This document shows positions 34,137 through 43,200 of a stretch of DNA of 64,000 nt, in pieces. Positions within the stretch are counted from its first letter, which is position 1. Every line of letters starts with the position of its first letter. Made by a program: the position numbers and the translations under genes. The notes below the pieces were generated by a model that saw nothing but the letters and a program-made list of their open reading frames with translations, searched no databases and was not told the DNA's origin. This DNA is from a virus. The stretch covers positions 154,922-218,921 of the IMG/VR virus record IMGVR_UViG_3300045988_107814; one strand, 5' to 3'.

Positions 34137-34709
34137 TCAGTCTTTAGTAGATTCTTTTTTGTTTTTATTACACGAACAAGTATGATCAACATAAATATTT
34201 TTATATAACTTATCACAAATATAATAATCTGTATTGACCATGACAATATTATTTTCAAGGGATATTAATTTATCAGCCACTTCAAAATTAAGATCAAAGT
34301 AAAGATCTGTCATCCATTTTCTAACCATCTCATGTTCACGATCAAATATAATAAATACCGGAGGAGTATTTTTAAATTTACGTGACACAATATATTCCTT
34401 GACTAGTTCACACACAAGGCTGATCGGAACATAGTCATTCCATTGTTTGACAATGATAAATTTTTTTACAACTCCGTGGCAAGCATTATAAATATTTCCT
34501 CGAATAGTTCTGAGAATGATAAGTTCTTTTACAACTTCGTAGCAAGCATCATAAGAATCTTCTCGAATAATTCCGAAATAGTTTTCAAATGCTTTGTCGT
34601 CTTCTCGATTTTTAGTAGTATCAATAATTTCGATATCTACATTGTGAGAATCTTTAGTGATTCTCACATTTTCAATACCACTACAAGGGTATGTTGTAGT
34701 AAATTCCAT
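34137..34709 (-). CDS. hypothetical protein with three tandem ~20-aa repeats; paralog of 34715-35326 in its C-terminal half
   Basis: AAGGAGG SD. Repeats are DSYDACYEVVKELIILR, IYNACHGVVKKFIIVK and ISLVCELVKEYIVSR. Shares the block ...IF(I/C)...(R/K)(K/L)W(M/V)TD... with the upstream gene. Confidence 0.65.
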   Translation of the reverse strand: MEFTTTYPCSGIENVRITKDSHNVDIEIIDTTKNREDDKAFENYFGIIREDSYDACYEVVKELIILRTIRGNIYNACHGVVKKFIIVKQWNDYVPISLVCELVKEYIVSRKFKNTPPVFIIFDREHEMVRKWMTDLYFDLNFEVADKLISLENNIVMVNTDYYICDKLYKNIYVDHTCSCNKNKKESTKD

Positions 34710-34714
34710 GATAA

Positions 34715-35326
34715 TTAGTCCTCCTTATTATTACCGAAAATCTTCTTGCATATTTTAATAAATGTTTCTTCTGTTGTCAAAAGTCTAGTGTCAAGATCTG
34801 ACAACTTTACAAAGTAATCCACTGAATCGAAATCAGGAGTATCTGTTACCCATAATCTTTTGTTGATATGATTTTTATAATAACAGATAAATATCGGTAA
34901 TTTATTTAATTCATAACCGTTGTTTCTATAATATTCGAGTACAGTTTCAATGCTGCCTTGAAGATTATAATCGTTCCAGTTTGTAATCAGAATAAATCCA
35001 TCTGTGATATCTTTACACAGATTATAAAGTTCATTTAATACTTCATCTGATTTAATGTACTGTATCATGTTTTCATTATTTGTAAAATTTATTTTAGTAA
35101 ATCTTACAGTTTCTTTGCTGACTCTTCTCATAATATTTGAGTCGTTAATACCAAGGTTTAAATTGACATTTTCTGTTTTGTTTGGTGAAATAACGATATC
35201 ACATAAACCGTTAAATTCACTTTTTTCCATGACAAAACTACTGTATGAATTAATAGTAGTAATATCATTGTTGGTGTACTTGGTTGCCCCATATGGGACC
35301 TGAATATAGTTGTTATTAGTGTTCAT
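34715..35326 (-). CDS. hypothetical protein
   Basis: ORF 34715-35338. Start moved to ATG 35326 (MNTNNNYIQ...), 6 nt after GGAGG of the class-B leader. Confidence 0.65.
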   Translation of the reverse strand: MNTNNNYIQVPYGATKYTNNDITTINSYSSFVMEKSEFNGLCDIVISPNKTENVNLNLGINDSNIMRRVSKETVRFTKINFTNNENMIQYIKSDEVLNELYNLCKDITDGFILITNWNDYNLQGSIETVLEYYRNNGYELNKLPIFICYYKNHINKRLWVTDTPDFDSVDYFVKLSDLDTRLLTTEETFIKICKKIFGNNKED

Positions 35327-35330
35327 ACTA

Positions 35331-35400
35331 ACCTCCATATATAGGATGAGTTACTTTATAACGATTTCCGTATCCTATATTATCACCGTAATAATATATA
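35331..35400 (-). promoter_or_regulatory. class-B promoter box plus conserved leader, copy 2
   Basis: Minus strand reads TATATATTATTACGGTGATAATATAGGATACGGAAATCGTTATAAAGTAACTCATCCTATATATGGAGG. Confidence 0.55.
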
Positions 35401-35408
35401 AGTTTAAA

Positions 35409-36548
35409 TTACATTATCTCTGTTAAAATCTTTATTAGTTCATCAGATGTAATAAACTCTTCGCCTTTACTTTGATTAACATATTTAGCAAAGATTTCGT
35501 ATTCAGATAAGTTGGGATCAAATATATAATCATACTTAGCAAACTTATTATTATTCTTTTGATTCTCTTTCATCGATTCTATAAAACCAGAATCTTGAAC
35601 GTCGATTATAATATTATGATTCTTTGTACTAAAATACTGTTTAACTGCATCTGTAGAAGTTGTAGCATTTTTGAATCTTACCTTAATAAAATCTATACCA
35701 CTATTCTTTAGATTCATAATATGATTTATAATAGTTTTTGGATCAGCATTTATCATTTCATCCAAATTGATAGTATCATATCTAAATGATTTTACTGGTT
35801 GAAATTGTACAGAATACTGATGTGTAGGTTTATCATATAATAGAACAAGGAATCCTTTTTCTTGTTCTTCTCCAAACTTCCATCTCAATGGACTACCAGA
35901 ATAATATATATGATTTTGAAAACAACCTTGAACGTGTACATGTCCACATAAAATAGGACCGTTACATCTAGCAAAGCTATTAATATCAAATACTGGACTC
36001 TTTGGAGAATCTAGATTTTCTTTATCCATTCCATATATAGCACCTTTAATATTACCATGTAAAACAGCCATATCATAATCCTGTGTATAATAAAGTAACT
36101 GTTCATAATAATCTCTACCCTTACCATACTCTTCTGGAATGCATAAAACCTTTGTTCCCTTGATGTCTTGGAACTGCATATATTCTACAATTCTAATATC
36201 TACACCAGAGTTGATATATCTATAAAATAATTTCAACTGATCAGCATCGTGAGAAAATGTACCATGTAGTAATACTAATGTAGCATTATTTCTAATACAT
36301 AATTTTACAACTTCATCTACAAATAACAAAGCATACATAATTACATCGGAATTAGACATAAACTTATGATGAAATAAATCACCATTAATAAAAAATGCAT
36401 CGAAATGAATCTTACTAACTTCATTTATCATTTGATCCATTAAAATATCATATTGTGTCTTTGGATCCATAGCACCGAAATGAATATCTGCCGTATGAAT
36501 TTCTACAAGAGTTCTATTATTAGAATACATAATCGCACCATCTTTCAT
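35409..36548 (-). CDS. SbcD/Mre11-family nuclease (T4 gp47-like metallophosphoesterase)
   Basis: Phosphoesterase motifs HTADIHFG, FINGDLFH, LLHGTFSHD, AVLHGNI and LCGHVHV. Start is uncertain (ATG 36548 or 36530); neither has a strong SD. Confidence 0.82.
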   Translation of the reverse strand: MKDGAIMYSNNRTLVEIHTADIHFGAMDPKTQYDILMDQMINEVSKIHFDAFFINGDLFHHKFMSNSDVIMYALLFVDEVVKLCIRNNATLVLLHGTFSHDADQLKLFYRYINSGVDIRIVEYMQFQDIKGTKVLCIPEEYGKGRDYYEQLLYYTQDYDMAVLHGNIKGAIYGMDKENLDSPKSPVFDINSFARCNGPILCGHVHVQGCFQNHIYYSGSPLRWKFGEEQEKGFLVLLYDKPTHQYSVQFQPVKSFRYDTINLDEMINADPKTIINHIMNLKNSGIDFIKVRFKNATTSTDAVKQYFSTKNHNIIIDVQDSGFIESMKENQKNNNKFAKYDYIFDPNLSEYEIFAKYVNQSKGEEFITSDELIKILTEIM

Positions 36549-36599
36549 AAGAATATTATAAGTAAGTTTTTGAAGTAGTAATTATAAAAACTTTGGATT

Positions 36600-36676
36600 G
36601 TATAATATTATAGTGAGTAGAGAAGAAAGAAAGCTGCTCAGTACGTATATTATTCAATTTCTAGGAGGAAATAAAA
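36600..36676 (+). promoter_or_regulatory. ATTATAGTGA promoter-like box plus 5' leader
   Basis: TGTATAATATTATAGTGAGTAGAGAAGAAAG... shares ATTATAGTGA(A/G)TAGAGA with the class-A leaders. Confidence 0.45.
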
Positions 36677-37303
36677 ATGAAGGAACAAAAGTATACCAGT
36701 AACCGTATGGTCACAGCGAATGTAATTCGTGGTTACAAAAATCATATTGAAGAGCTGAAAGAAAAAATGGAACAGTATGATCAAGAAATCAGCAGGATTT
36801 CCAATCTTGTTGAAAATCTTGAAGGCTTGGTGGACATGGATGAAAAACATGAAATAACAATTGAAGATGTTATTAAGTTCATTTCCACTTCTACAAATCA
36901 TGATAAGAATATCATTAAATCTGCACTCGGAGTAAGTAATATGGAAGATGACGGATTTTATGACAATGTCGATTGGGCGGTATTTTATAAACATATTTCT
37001 CAAATTACGCAACACAATACTGTTCCAAATATAAATATTTTGAAAAGGCTAGTCGAAGCGTGCCAAGGACTCACGCAACAAGAAGTCGTAGAAAAAATAG
37101 GATTCTTATCTACTTGCAAAATAATTCAACTAAACAAAATATTAGAATCCTATGGATTAGGAAGAATAGGATTAAAAAAGAAAAGAACAGTACACCGTAA
37201 ATCATGTAAACCATCATACAAAAAAGCATCAGAAACCAGAAAGAAAAGAATTAAGGTGATGAATGACATGGTAGATATGGTAAACGAGTTAAATAAGAGA
37301 TAA
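36677..37303 (+). CDS. hypothetical protein, possible HTH regulator (coiled-coil N-terminus, basic C-terminus)
   Basis: TAGGAGG SD. LTQQEVVEKIGFLSTCKIIQLNK is HTH-like. C-terminal KKKRTVHRKSCKPSYKKASETRKKRIK. Confidence 0.6.
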   Translation: MKEQKYTSNRMVTANVIRGYKNHIEELKEKMEQYDQEISRISNLVENLEGLVDMDEKHEITIEDVIKFISTSTNHDKNIIKSALGVSNMEDDGFYDNVDWAVFYKHISQITQHNTVPNINILKRLVEACQGLTQQEVVEKIGFLSTCKIIQLNKILESYGLGRIGLKKKRTVHRKSCKPSYKKASETRKKRIKVMNDMVDMVNELNKR

Positions 37304-37325
37304 ACATAATCTTTTCAATTCAAAC

Positions 37326-37356
37326 AAACAATCGGGGAGGTCAGACCCGATTGTTT
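37326..37356 (+). terminator. rho-independent terminator
   Basis: AAACAATCGGG gaggtcaga CCCGATTGTTT followed by TTTTTTT. Confidence 0.85.
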
Positions 37357-37380
37357 TTTTTTTGTATTATTACACTTACT

Positions 37381-37393
37381 TTAACTTTATAGT
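37381..37393 (+). promoter_or_regulatory. TTAACTTTATAGT box (variant of the AACTTTAATATAA box)
   Basis: Directly upstream of the SD of gene 37409 and downstream of a terminator, the same layout as the three conserved cassettes. Confidence 0.35.
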
Positions 37394-37408
37394 AAGGAGG
37401 TGTAATAT

Positions 37409-38221
37409 ATGGAAAATTATTTATCATTTGAAACTGGTATAGATAATGAAGACAGAGTATATGCTCATAGAGGAGATATATTTATCTGTGAAGGATTATT
37501 TAAACCACTTGATGATATTGAAAAGAATGACCATATAATCGGAAAACCCGATAGACCAGTTCTAATTATTTCTAGTGACGAGAATAATATTAATATCGTT
37601 AAGGTATTACCATTCTCGACTAAATCTGGATCTTTTGATTCTAACTCTATTACTTCTGGTAGAGTAATTAAAGTCCCTGGAATTGGAAACAATCTAAACT
37701 CTAATTTTATCGATGTATCTCAGATATTCACTATCAATACTTATCAACTGAAAGTAAAATTGGGACGTGCTTCTCAAGAGATTGTAGATGCTGCTGTTGC
37801 ATTACATACTTTACAAAATATTGCTAATGCTTCATCAGTAAATACAATAGTCAAAATATTCAAAGACAAGTATCCAAAAGCACAAGTATTTAATCATCCT
37901 GTTACTATAAGTAATGATGGTTGTGTTAATGGACAGAAAATGTTTATGAATAATATGTATGATCCGTCAGTTGATCTGTTTACTGAAGTTAAACAAGTAT
38001 CTATAGAAGAACTTAATGCTCAGATAAAGAATACATTGAAACTACCAGAAACAAAAGAAGATGCTTATGAATTATATACAGAATGGCTATCATTAGGAAC
38101 AGATATATTTAGAAACAAGTACGGCTTATCTAGACAACAATATATAACGTTGAGAGATAAATGCGTATGTAAGATGCTAGGTAAAATAGCAAACTTTAAG
38201 AAACATGATTGGTCAGCTTAA
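37409..38221 (+). CDS. MazF/PemK-like (SH3-barrel toxin fold) N-terminal domain fused to an unknown ~135-aa C-terminal half
   Basis: Colinear with B. subtilis EndoA/MazF. HRGDIFICE matches KRGDVYFAD, GKPDRPVLIISSD matches GGVRPVLVIQND, VLPFSTKS matches AAITAQ, and FIDVSQIFTINTYQLKVKLGRASQEIVDAAVALH matches ILLEQIRTIDKQRLTDKIGHLDDEMMDKVDEAL. Confidence 0.7.
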   Translation: MENYLSFETGIDNEDRVYAHRGDIFICEGLFKPLDDIEKNDHIIGKPDRPVLIISSDENNINIVKVLPFSTKSGSFDSNSITSGRVIKVPGIGNNLNSNFIDVSQIFTINTYQLKVKLGRASQEIVDAAVALHTLQNIANASSVNTIVKIFKDKYPKAQVFNHPVTISNDGCVNGQKMFMNNMYDPSVDLFTEVKQVSIEELNAQIKNTLKLPETKEDAYELYTEWLSLGTDIFRNKYGLSRQQYITLRDKCVCKMLGKIANFKKHDWSA

Positions 38222-38229
38222 TTGTATAA

Positions 38230-38255
38230 ACAGACTGGATTAAATTCCAGTCTGT
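38230..38255 (+). terminator. rho-independent terminator
   Basis: ACAGACTGGA ttaaat TCCAGTCTGT followed by CTTTATTTT. Confidence 0.8.
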
Positions 38256-38269
38256 CTTTATTTTATATT

Positions 38270-38428
38270 TTATCTATATATAATTATAGTGAATAGAGAT
38301 AGATATTAGACTATCCTTTGAGAAGCTATTCAGTCTGGATGCTCGGAGACCTTAAACTGAGCAATAGAAGAACATAAACTTTGGATCTATTACTATGATC
38401 CCTGATGAAGAAAATGGAGGAATTCATA
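38270..38428 (+). promoter_or_regulatory. class-A conserved promoter box plus structured 5' leader, copy 2
   Basis: See 11277-11436. Same start and end sequences, same helices, different loops. Confidence 0.6.
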
Positions 38429-39211
38429 ATGATTAACAATATTACTGTAAAGTACGTAGACTCCGTAACTAAGGTTACTATAAAGAAAGAGATTAATTTC
38501 AGAGATCTTTTCGGAAAAGAGGATATTTCAAAGATTTCTAAGTATGGAATTATTCTCGCTACCGTTAACTTTGAAAAGAACTGTAAGACAATTAGGCGTA
38601 GAGCATTTTTTAGAGGTGGATTGAATAAGGATTTGATGTACTATATCCTGACTGCTTCTGAAAATAGTATTTTGATTAAATTTAGTGAAAAGTTTGAAAT
38701 TAATCTGATGAAATATTCCAACATCGATTTCATGGATGAAATGTTAAGCTACTGGGATGTTAATGATGAACAAGAACTCGTTAACTATTATCGAGAAACT
38801 TTGCCTGTATTTGAATATAAGAGAACTTTTGCTGAAGTCTTGGCTACTCTCGTATCTTATTCAGATTATTGGGATAATCTTCAGTATTGTCTTAAGTATA
38901 ATGATATTGAAGATACTGAAATTAAAATTAGTAAATCGTATTTTAAGAAGCAGGGTGATAATTTATATACGATAACATGTTGTTACAAAAACGAAAATTA
39001 TGAAGGGTATATGACTGTCGTTGTACAAGAATGTAAAGCAATTAAAATGCTTTTTAATAATTATAATAGTGGTGCTATTATTATTGATAATCATGAAATT
39101 GGAATAGTTAATGAAAATCCTTGTCCGGATCCCATTGGTCAAGGACAGAACCTCTTGACTGTTTTGATTTTGGCCATGTTTTTGTCTAACGATGGTGTTT
39201 GGTGGAAGTAA
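38429..39211 (+). CDS. hypothetical protein
   Basis: ORF 38405-39211. Start moved to ATG 38429 (MINNITVKY...), 8 nt after the conserved GGAGG. Confidence 0.7.
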   Translation: MINNITVKYVDSVTKVTIKKEINFRDLFGKEDISKISKYGIILATVNFEKNCKTIRRRAFFRGGLNKDLMYYILTASENSILIKFSEKFEINLMKYSNIDFMDEMLSYWDVNDEQELVNYYRETLPVFEYKRTFAEVLATLVSYSDYWDNLQYCLKYNDIEDTEIKISKSYFKKQGDNLYTITCCYKNENYEGYMTVVVQECKAIKMLFNNYNSGAIIIDNHEIGIVNENPCPDPIGQGQNLLTVLILAMFLSNDGVWWK

Positions 39212-39234
39212 TCTGATATAATATAACAAAAGAA

Positions 39235-39261
39235 GAAACGTGTTATTGCCAAGCACGTTTT
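39235..39261 (+). terminator. conserved terminator (cassette copy 3)
   Basis: GAAACGTG ttattgccaag CACGTTTT followed by CTTTTTT. Confidence 0.8.
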
Positions 39262-39278
39262 CTTTTTTGTTTGTTAGC

Positions 39279-39294
39279 TTGAACTTTAATATAA
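39279..39294 (+). promoter_or_regulatory. TTGAACTTTAATATAA box, copy 3
   Basis: Identical to 13821-13836. Upstream of the 39319-46707 structural operon. Confidence 0.45.
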
Positions 39295-39318
39295 ATGACT
39301 AGAAAAGGAGGATTAATT

Positions 39319-40254
39319 ATGCCTAAAACGTATAATAATACATTTATTTATAGCAAATTTCCATACGAAGAAAACATATTTAGATTCCTTATCAATGCTA
39401 ATCGTATTGATAAAGACACTGATAAGTTTGAAGATATTAAGTATGAATTCAAAAAGAGACAGATCGATAATAGTCTCTTGAAAGTTCTTATGTCTAAGAA
39501 CGTTATTCTTTGCTTATCTGAATCTATGCCCTTGAATACACAATTTAGAGTTATTTGTGCAAGGGATCCTAAATTTAAATCTAATACAGATTATAAGATT
39601 TTTATCGACTGTACTGGTCTTATTACGTTAGATAAGAGTGGTAATTATAAATGCCGTAGTATTGATATCTTAGTTTCTCATATCGTAAATGCTATGGTAA
39701 CAATGATTTATCATAAAGCCGAGAATCAGATTCTTTCTACACAATTGATTTCTGATACAATGGAAGCTTTTGCTAATCTATTTACTCATGTAATTGATTA
39801 TCTAGCAAAGATTTCTGTAATTCCTTCTTCTAAATCTAAATGTCAGTTCTTGGCTTGTATGTACTTTACTGAGAATATTATCCAGAAAGATTTCAATAAT
39901 AACTTTCAACATATTGCCGGTAAGATTACTAATCTTTCTGAAAGAGAACAAGAAATGATAATGACTCAGTGTGATGAAGAAGATTTTGATAATATCAAGT
40001 CTTTTGTTTCTAAACTTGCTACACTTATTAAAGTACCTGGAATTAAAGTAGATAATGTATTAGATAAATGGATGTATCTATACGGCTCTAATACAGTATT
40101 CTCTCTTGAATATTATCCAGCACTATCTGCAATGTTAACAGATGCATATTGCGGTGCATATATTAACAATCAGAAAACTATCGAAAAGGTGGTAGGAAAT
40201 ACTTTAGTAAGTTATACTAAGAATGTTATTGCTAAAGGTGGGACGTTAGTATGA
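39319..40254 (+). CDS. hypothetical protein (first gene of the putative tail/structural operon)
   Basis: ORF 39295-40254. Start moved to ATG 39319 (MPKTYNN...) after AAAGGAGG. ATGA-type overlap with the next gene. Confidence 0.7.
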   Translation: MPKTYNNTFIYSKFPYEENIFRFLINANRIDKDTDKFEDIKYEFKKRQIDNSLLKVLMSKNVILCLSESMPLNTQFRVICARDPKFKSNTDYKIFIDCTGLITLDKSGNYKCRSIDILVSHIVNAMVTMIYHKAENQILSTQLISDTMEAFANLFTHVIDYLAKISVIPSSKSKCQFLACMYFTENIIQKDFNNNFQHIAGKITNLSEREQEMIMTQCDEEDFDNIKSFVSKLATLIKVPGIKVDNVLDKWMYLYGSNTVFSLEYYPALSAMLTDAYCGAYINNQKTIEKVVGNTLVSYTKNVIAKGGTLV

Positions 40255-43200
40255 GTAAATATATGGAAGATATACAAGGTAAGATTGTATCTAATCCAAT
40301 TAATGAAACTAATACTAAATATCCATATATTGAGAAAGAAAATAATATACGCCCTGGCGACAAATATTCTATAGATACTCAATATATGTATAATGATAAC
40401 GAACCAGTGAGTGATATTGATACAACTTACTATGCTGATTATAGAAATAAGATTGAAGAACTTAGAAAGAGAACAGAAAGTACTTATGAAGCTCTTGAAT
40501 CTTGTTTAGTTCCAGTAGAAATTCCTGGAATGTCTTTTCAACCGTTTGAATATGTACAGACTGAATTAGATAGCGGAGAAGTTGTTGAAGAAAGAGTTAA
40601 GTCATTTACTTATTTTTTTCAAGATCATTTATCTCCTATCGGTATTCAATCTGATACTGGAGAAGGTTCTATTCAAGAATTTGTTTTTAGAACAAATAAA
40701 GTTAAGTTTATTGATGACAGACATAGACGTCTTATTTATGATAGAACTATTCATCTTATGAGTCTAAAAGAAGATGAAGACAATAATGTAACATTTAGAG
40801 AAATGATTAGAAATACATTTACTGAATATAGTGATAAATATAAAACATACTATTCATTGATCAAAGATACAAATGCTGTAACTATAAACTATAGTGATAT
40901 TATCAGCAATATTTTGTCTAGCATTGCTGATGGAACAGATAGTTATACTGTAATTGATAATAATGGCAAAGAAAAGAAAGTTAAATCTGATGCTGATTTT
41001 GATTATCCATTATTAAGTGGTCAAGATATAGATACATTTGTTCCAAGTACATTGTATAATCTATATAATCTTGGTTGGGTAAATGCAGCTATGATTTACT
41101 TAAATGGATTATCTATAGAATGGACAAAAATTCTTATATCTGTAGATAATATAGATACGTTTATCATTATAACAAATCTACCTAAATCTGGGCTTGATTT
41201 GATTGACGATAGTAAAGAGATATATTTAGATTATATTCACATTCCATTTAAAGTACAATATATCATCGGTTCTGTATATAATAATAAAAATCCATATTAT
41301 GATAAGTATGTAACAAATGGTAATATCAATAAACCAATTATATTTGTTATTGATAAGACATCTTTATCTATGAGATTTACTCATATAGATTCTGATCTTT
41401 ATAGATATAATACAGGATATAATTTTGACAAGATAATATGTGTAGATGACAATATAAAGTTTATGGAATTTACTTTATATGATAGTGAAGATAGTGATCA
41501 TCTTATTGATGCTGGTATTAATTACACAAAGTCATTTAAGCAATTTTGTGATAATGATTATAGATGTAAATTAAAACAGTTTAATTTTTTAGGATTTGAG
41601 TTAAATAGATATGATGACTCTAATAAAAACGGAACTTTAAAGAATGATGACTTTACAATAACTTGGCATCCATTTAATATTATGGATGTTAGATTTAAGC
41701 GTCTATTTAATAGATCAAGAGTATTTAAAGTGTTCTATAATACAAAAGTATTATACGATCAAGATAATATCTTGAGAATTAAAAATCATGATAGAATTTC
41801 TGATGAATATGAGAAATATAGAAAAGACGTAACTGCTAATATTGAAACTTATTTAAATGAAATTTATATTCTAGCTAAGAAAGATATTGGTACTTATATA
41901 GCTAATAATGGTGTTATGTATGGTTATAAATATCATTATGTAACTCCATATGAATGTCTATTATTATATAATGCTATAAGTGAAGTTAACGGTGATAATA
42001 AAGTTTCATTTGATGATTTCAGAAATATAAATGTATCTGGAATAAAGATGGATCCAAATAAGTTTAAATCTGTAATGAATCCTAAATTAGTTGCTAATAA
42101 AGATGGTAAATGTGTTTGGACTATTCCTGTAAGTGAAACTATAAAAGAATGTCCAGCTGTTAAAATAGTTGATATGACTACAGGTGATATTGTATTGGCC
42201 GATATTGATTATATCCAAGATACAAATGAAATAGCTATTACTATGTATAAAGATGGTAATAATATTCCTGAAAATACTTATAAAGTTACTATATATTATG
42301 CAGATATTATTAAAGGTAATCCAGCATTTGCAAAATCAAATACAGGCATATATATTTGGTATGAAACTATTGTTGGTAATGTAAAAGCTGTAGCTGTATA
42401 TGAAACAAAAACAAATCAAGTTGTATTAGCTGATGTTGAATCTTACCCTAGAGTAGATGGTAAACGCACTAGAATAAAAGTTACTCTTCATACAACAGAA
42501 GAAATTCCAGCAGATAAATATAAGCTTGTAATCAATATTAATAAAGTCGATGAACATAGTTTCTTAAATTATATTAATGGTGGATTTATAGCTGTTCCTA
42601 AAGATGAAGATAGTATATTTGCAGAAAAGATTAATGAAAAAGATATCTATACTGGTGGCGTATTAAATTCTAATATTAGAGAGTACTTTAATAATATTAT
42701 GAAATTAACTGGAGCTACTTTACCAGATATTTTAATTCCTATAGATGATGAAAGACGAGATGATCTAACTCAACCTAATGATATATTCTATAATTATGAG
42801 GGTGATAATAAAGGTAAGATTGTTCCTTATACACCAATAGCAAATGAATTTAATCTAACTCAAGAATATGATGATGTACAGTATGATAAGTTAAAGATTA
42901 GATTTGAATTAGCATATCTTAATAATATGGAAGAAGGAGCTACTCCAGTAGATGAATTCATATATTATTTCGATAATGATAATGTAGCAAATCTAGATAA
43001 ATATCCAGTTACGAATAGTTACGTTGATCGTCAGACAGCAAATATTTTAAATGCTATTGCAAAGAATATTTTCAAATACGATCCTAAATTAGTAGCTAAT
43101 TCTATTTATAAAATGAATTATGCTGCTGATTATATTATTCCTAAATCTCTAGGAAGCATGTCTAGAGAAGATTGTATTGTTACATCAAATGAACAATATC

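Noticed and set aside
36650-37015. 121-aa minus-strand ORF opposite 36677-37303
   Set aside because: No SD. The plus-strand ORF has a TAGGAGG SD, a promoter-like box and a terminator.
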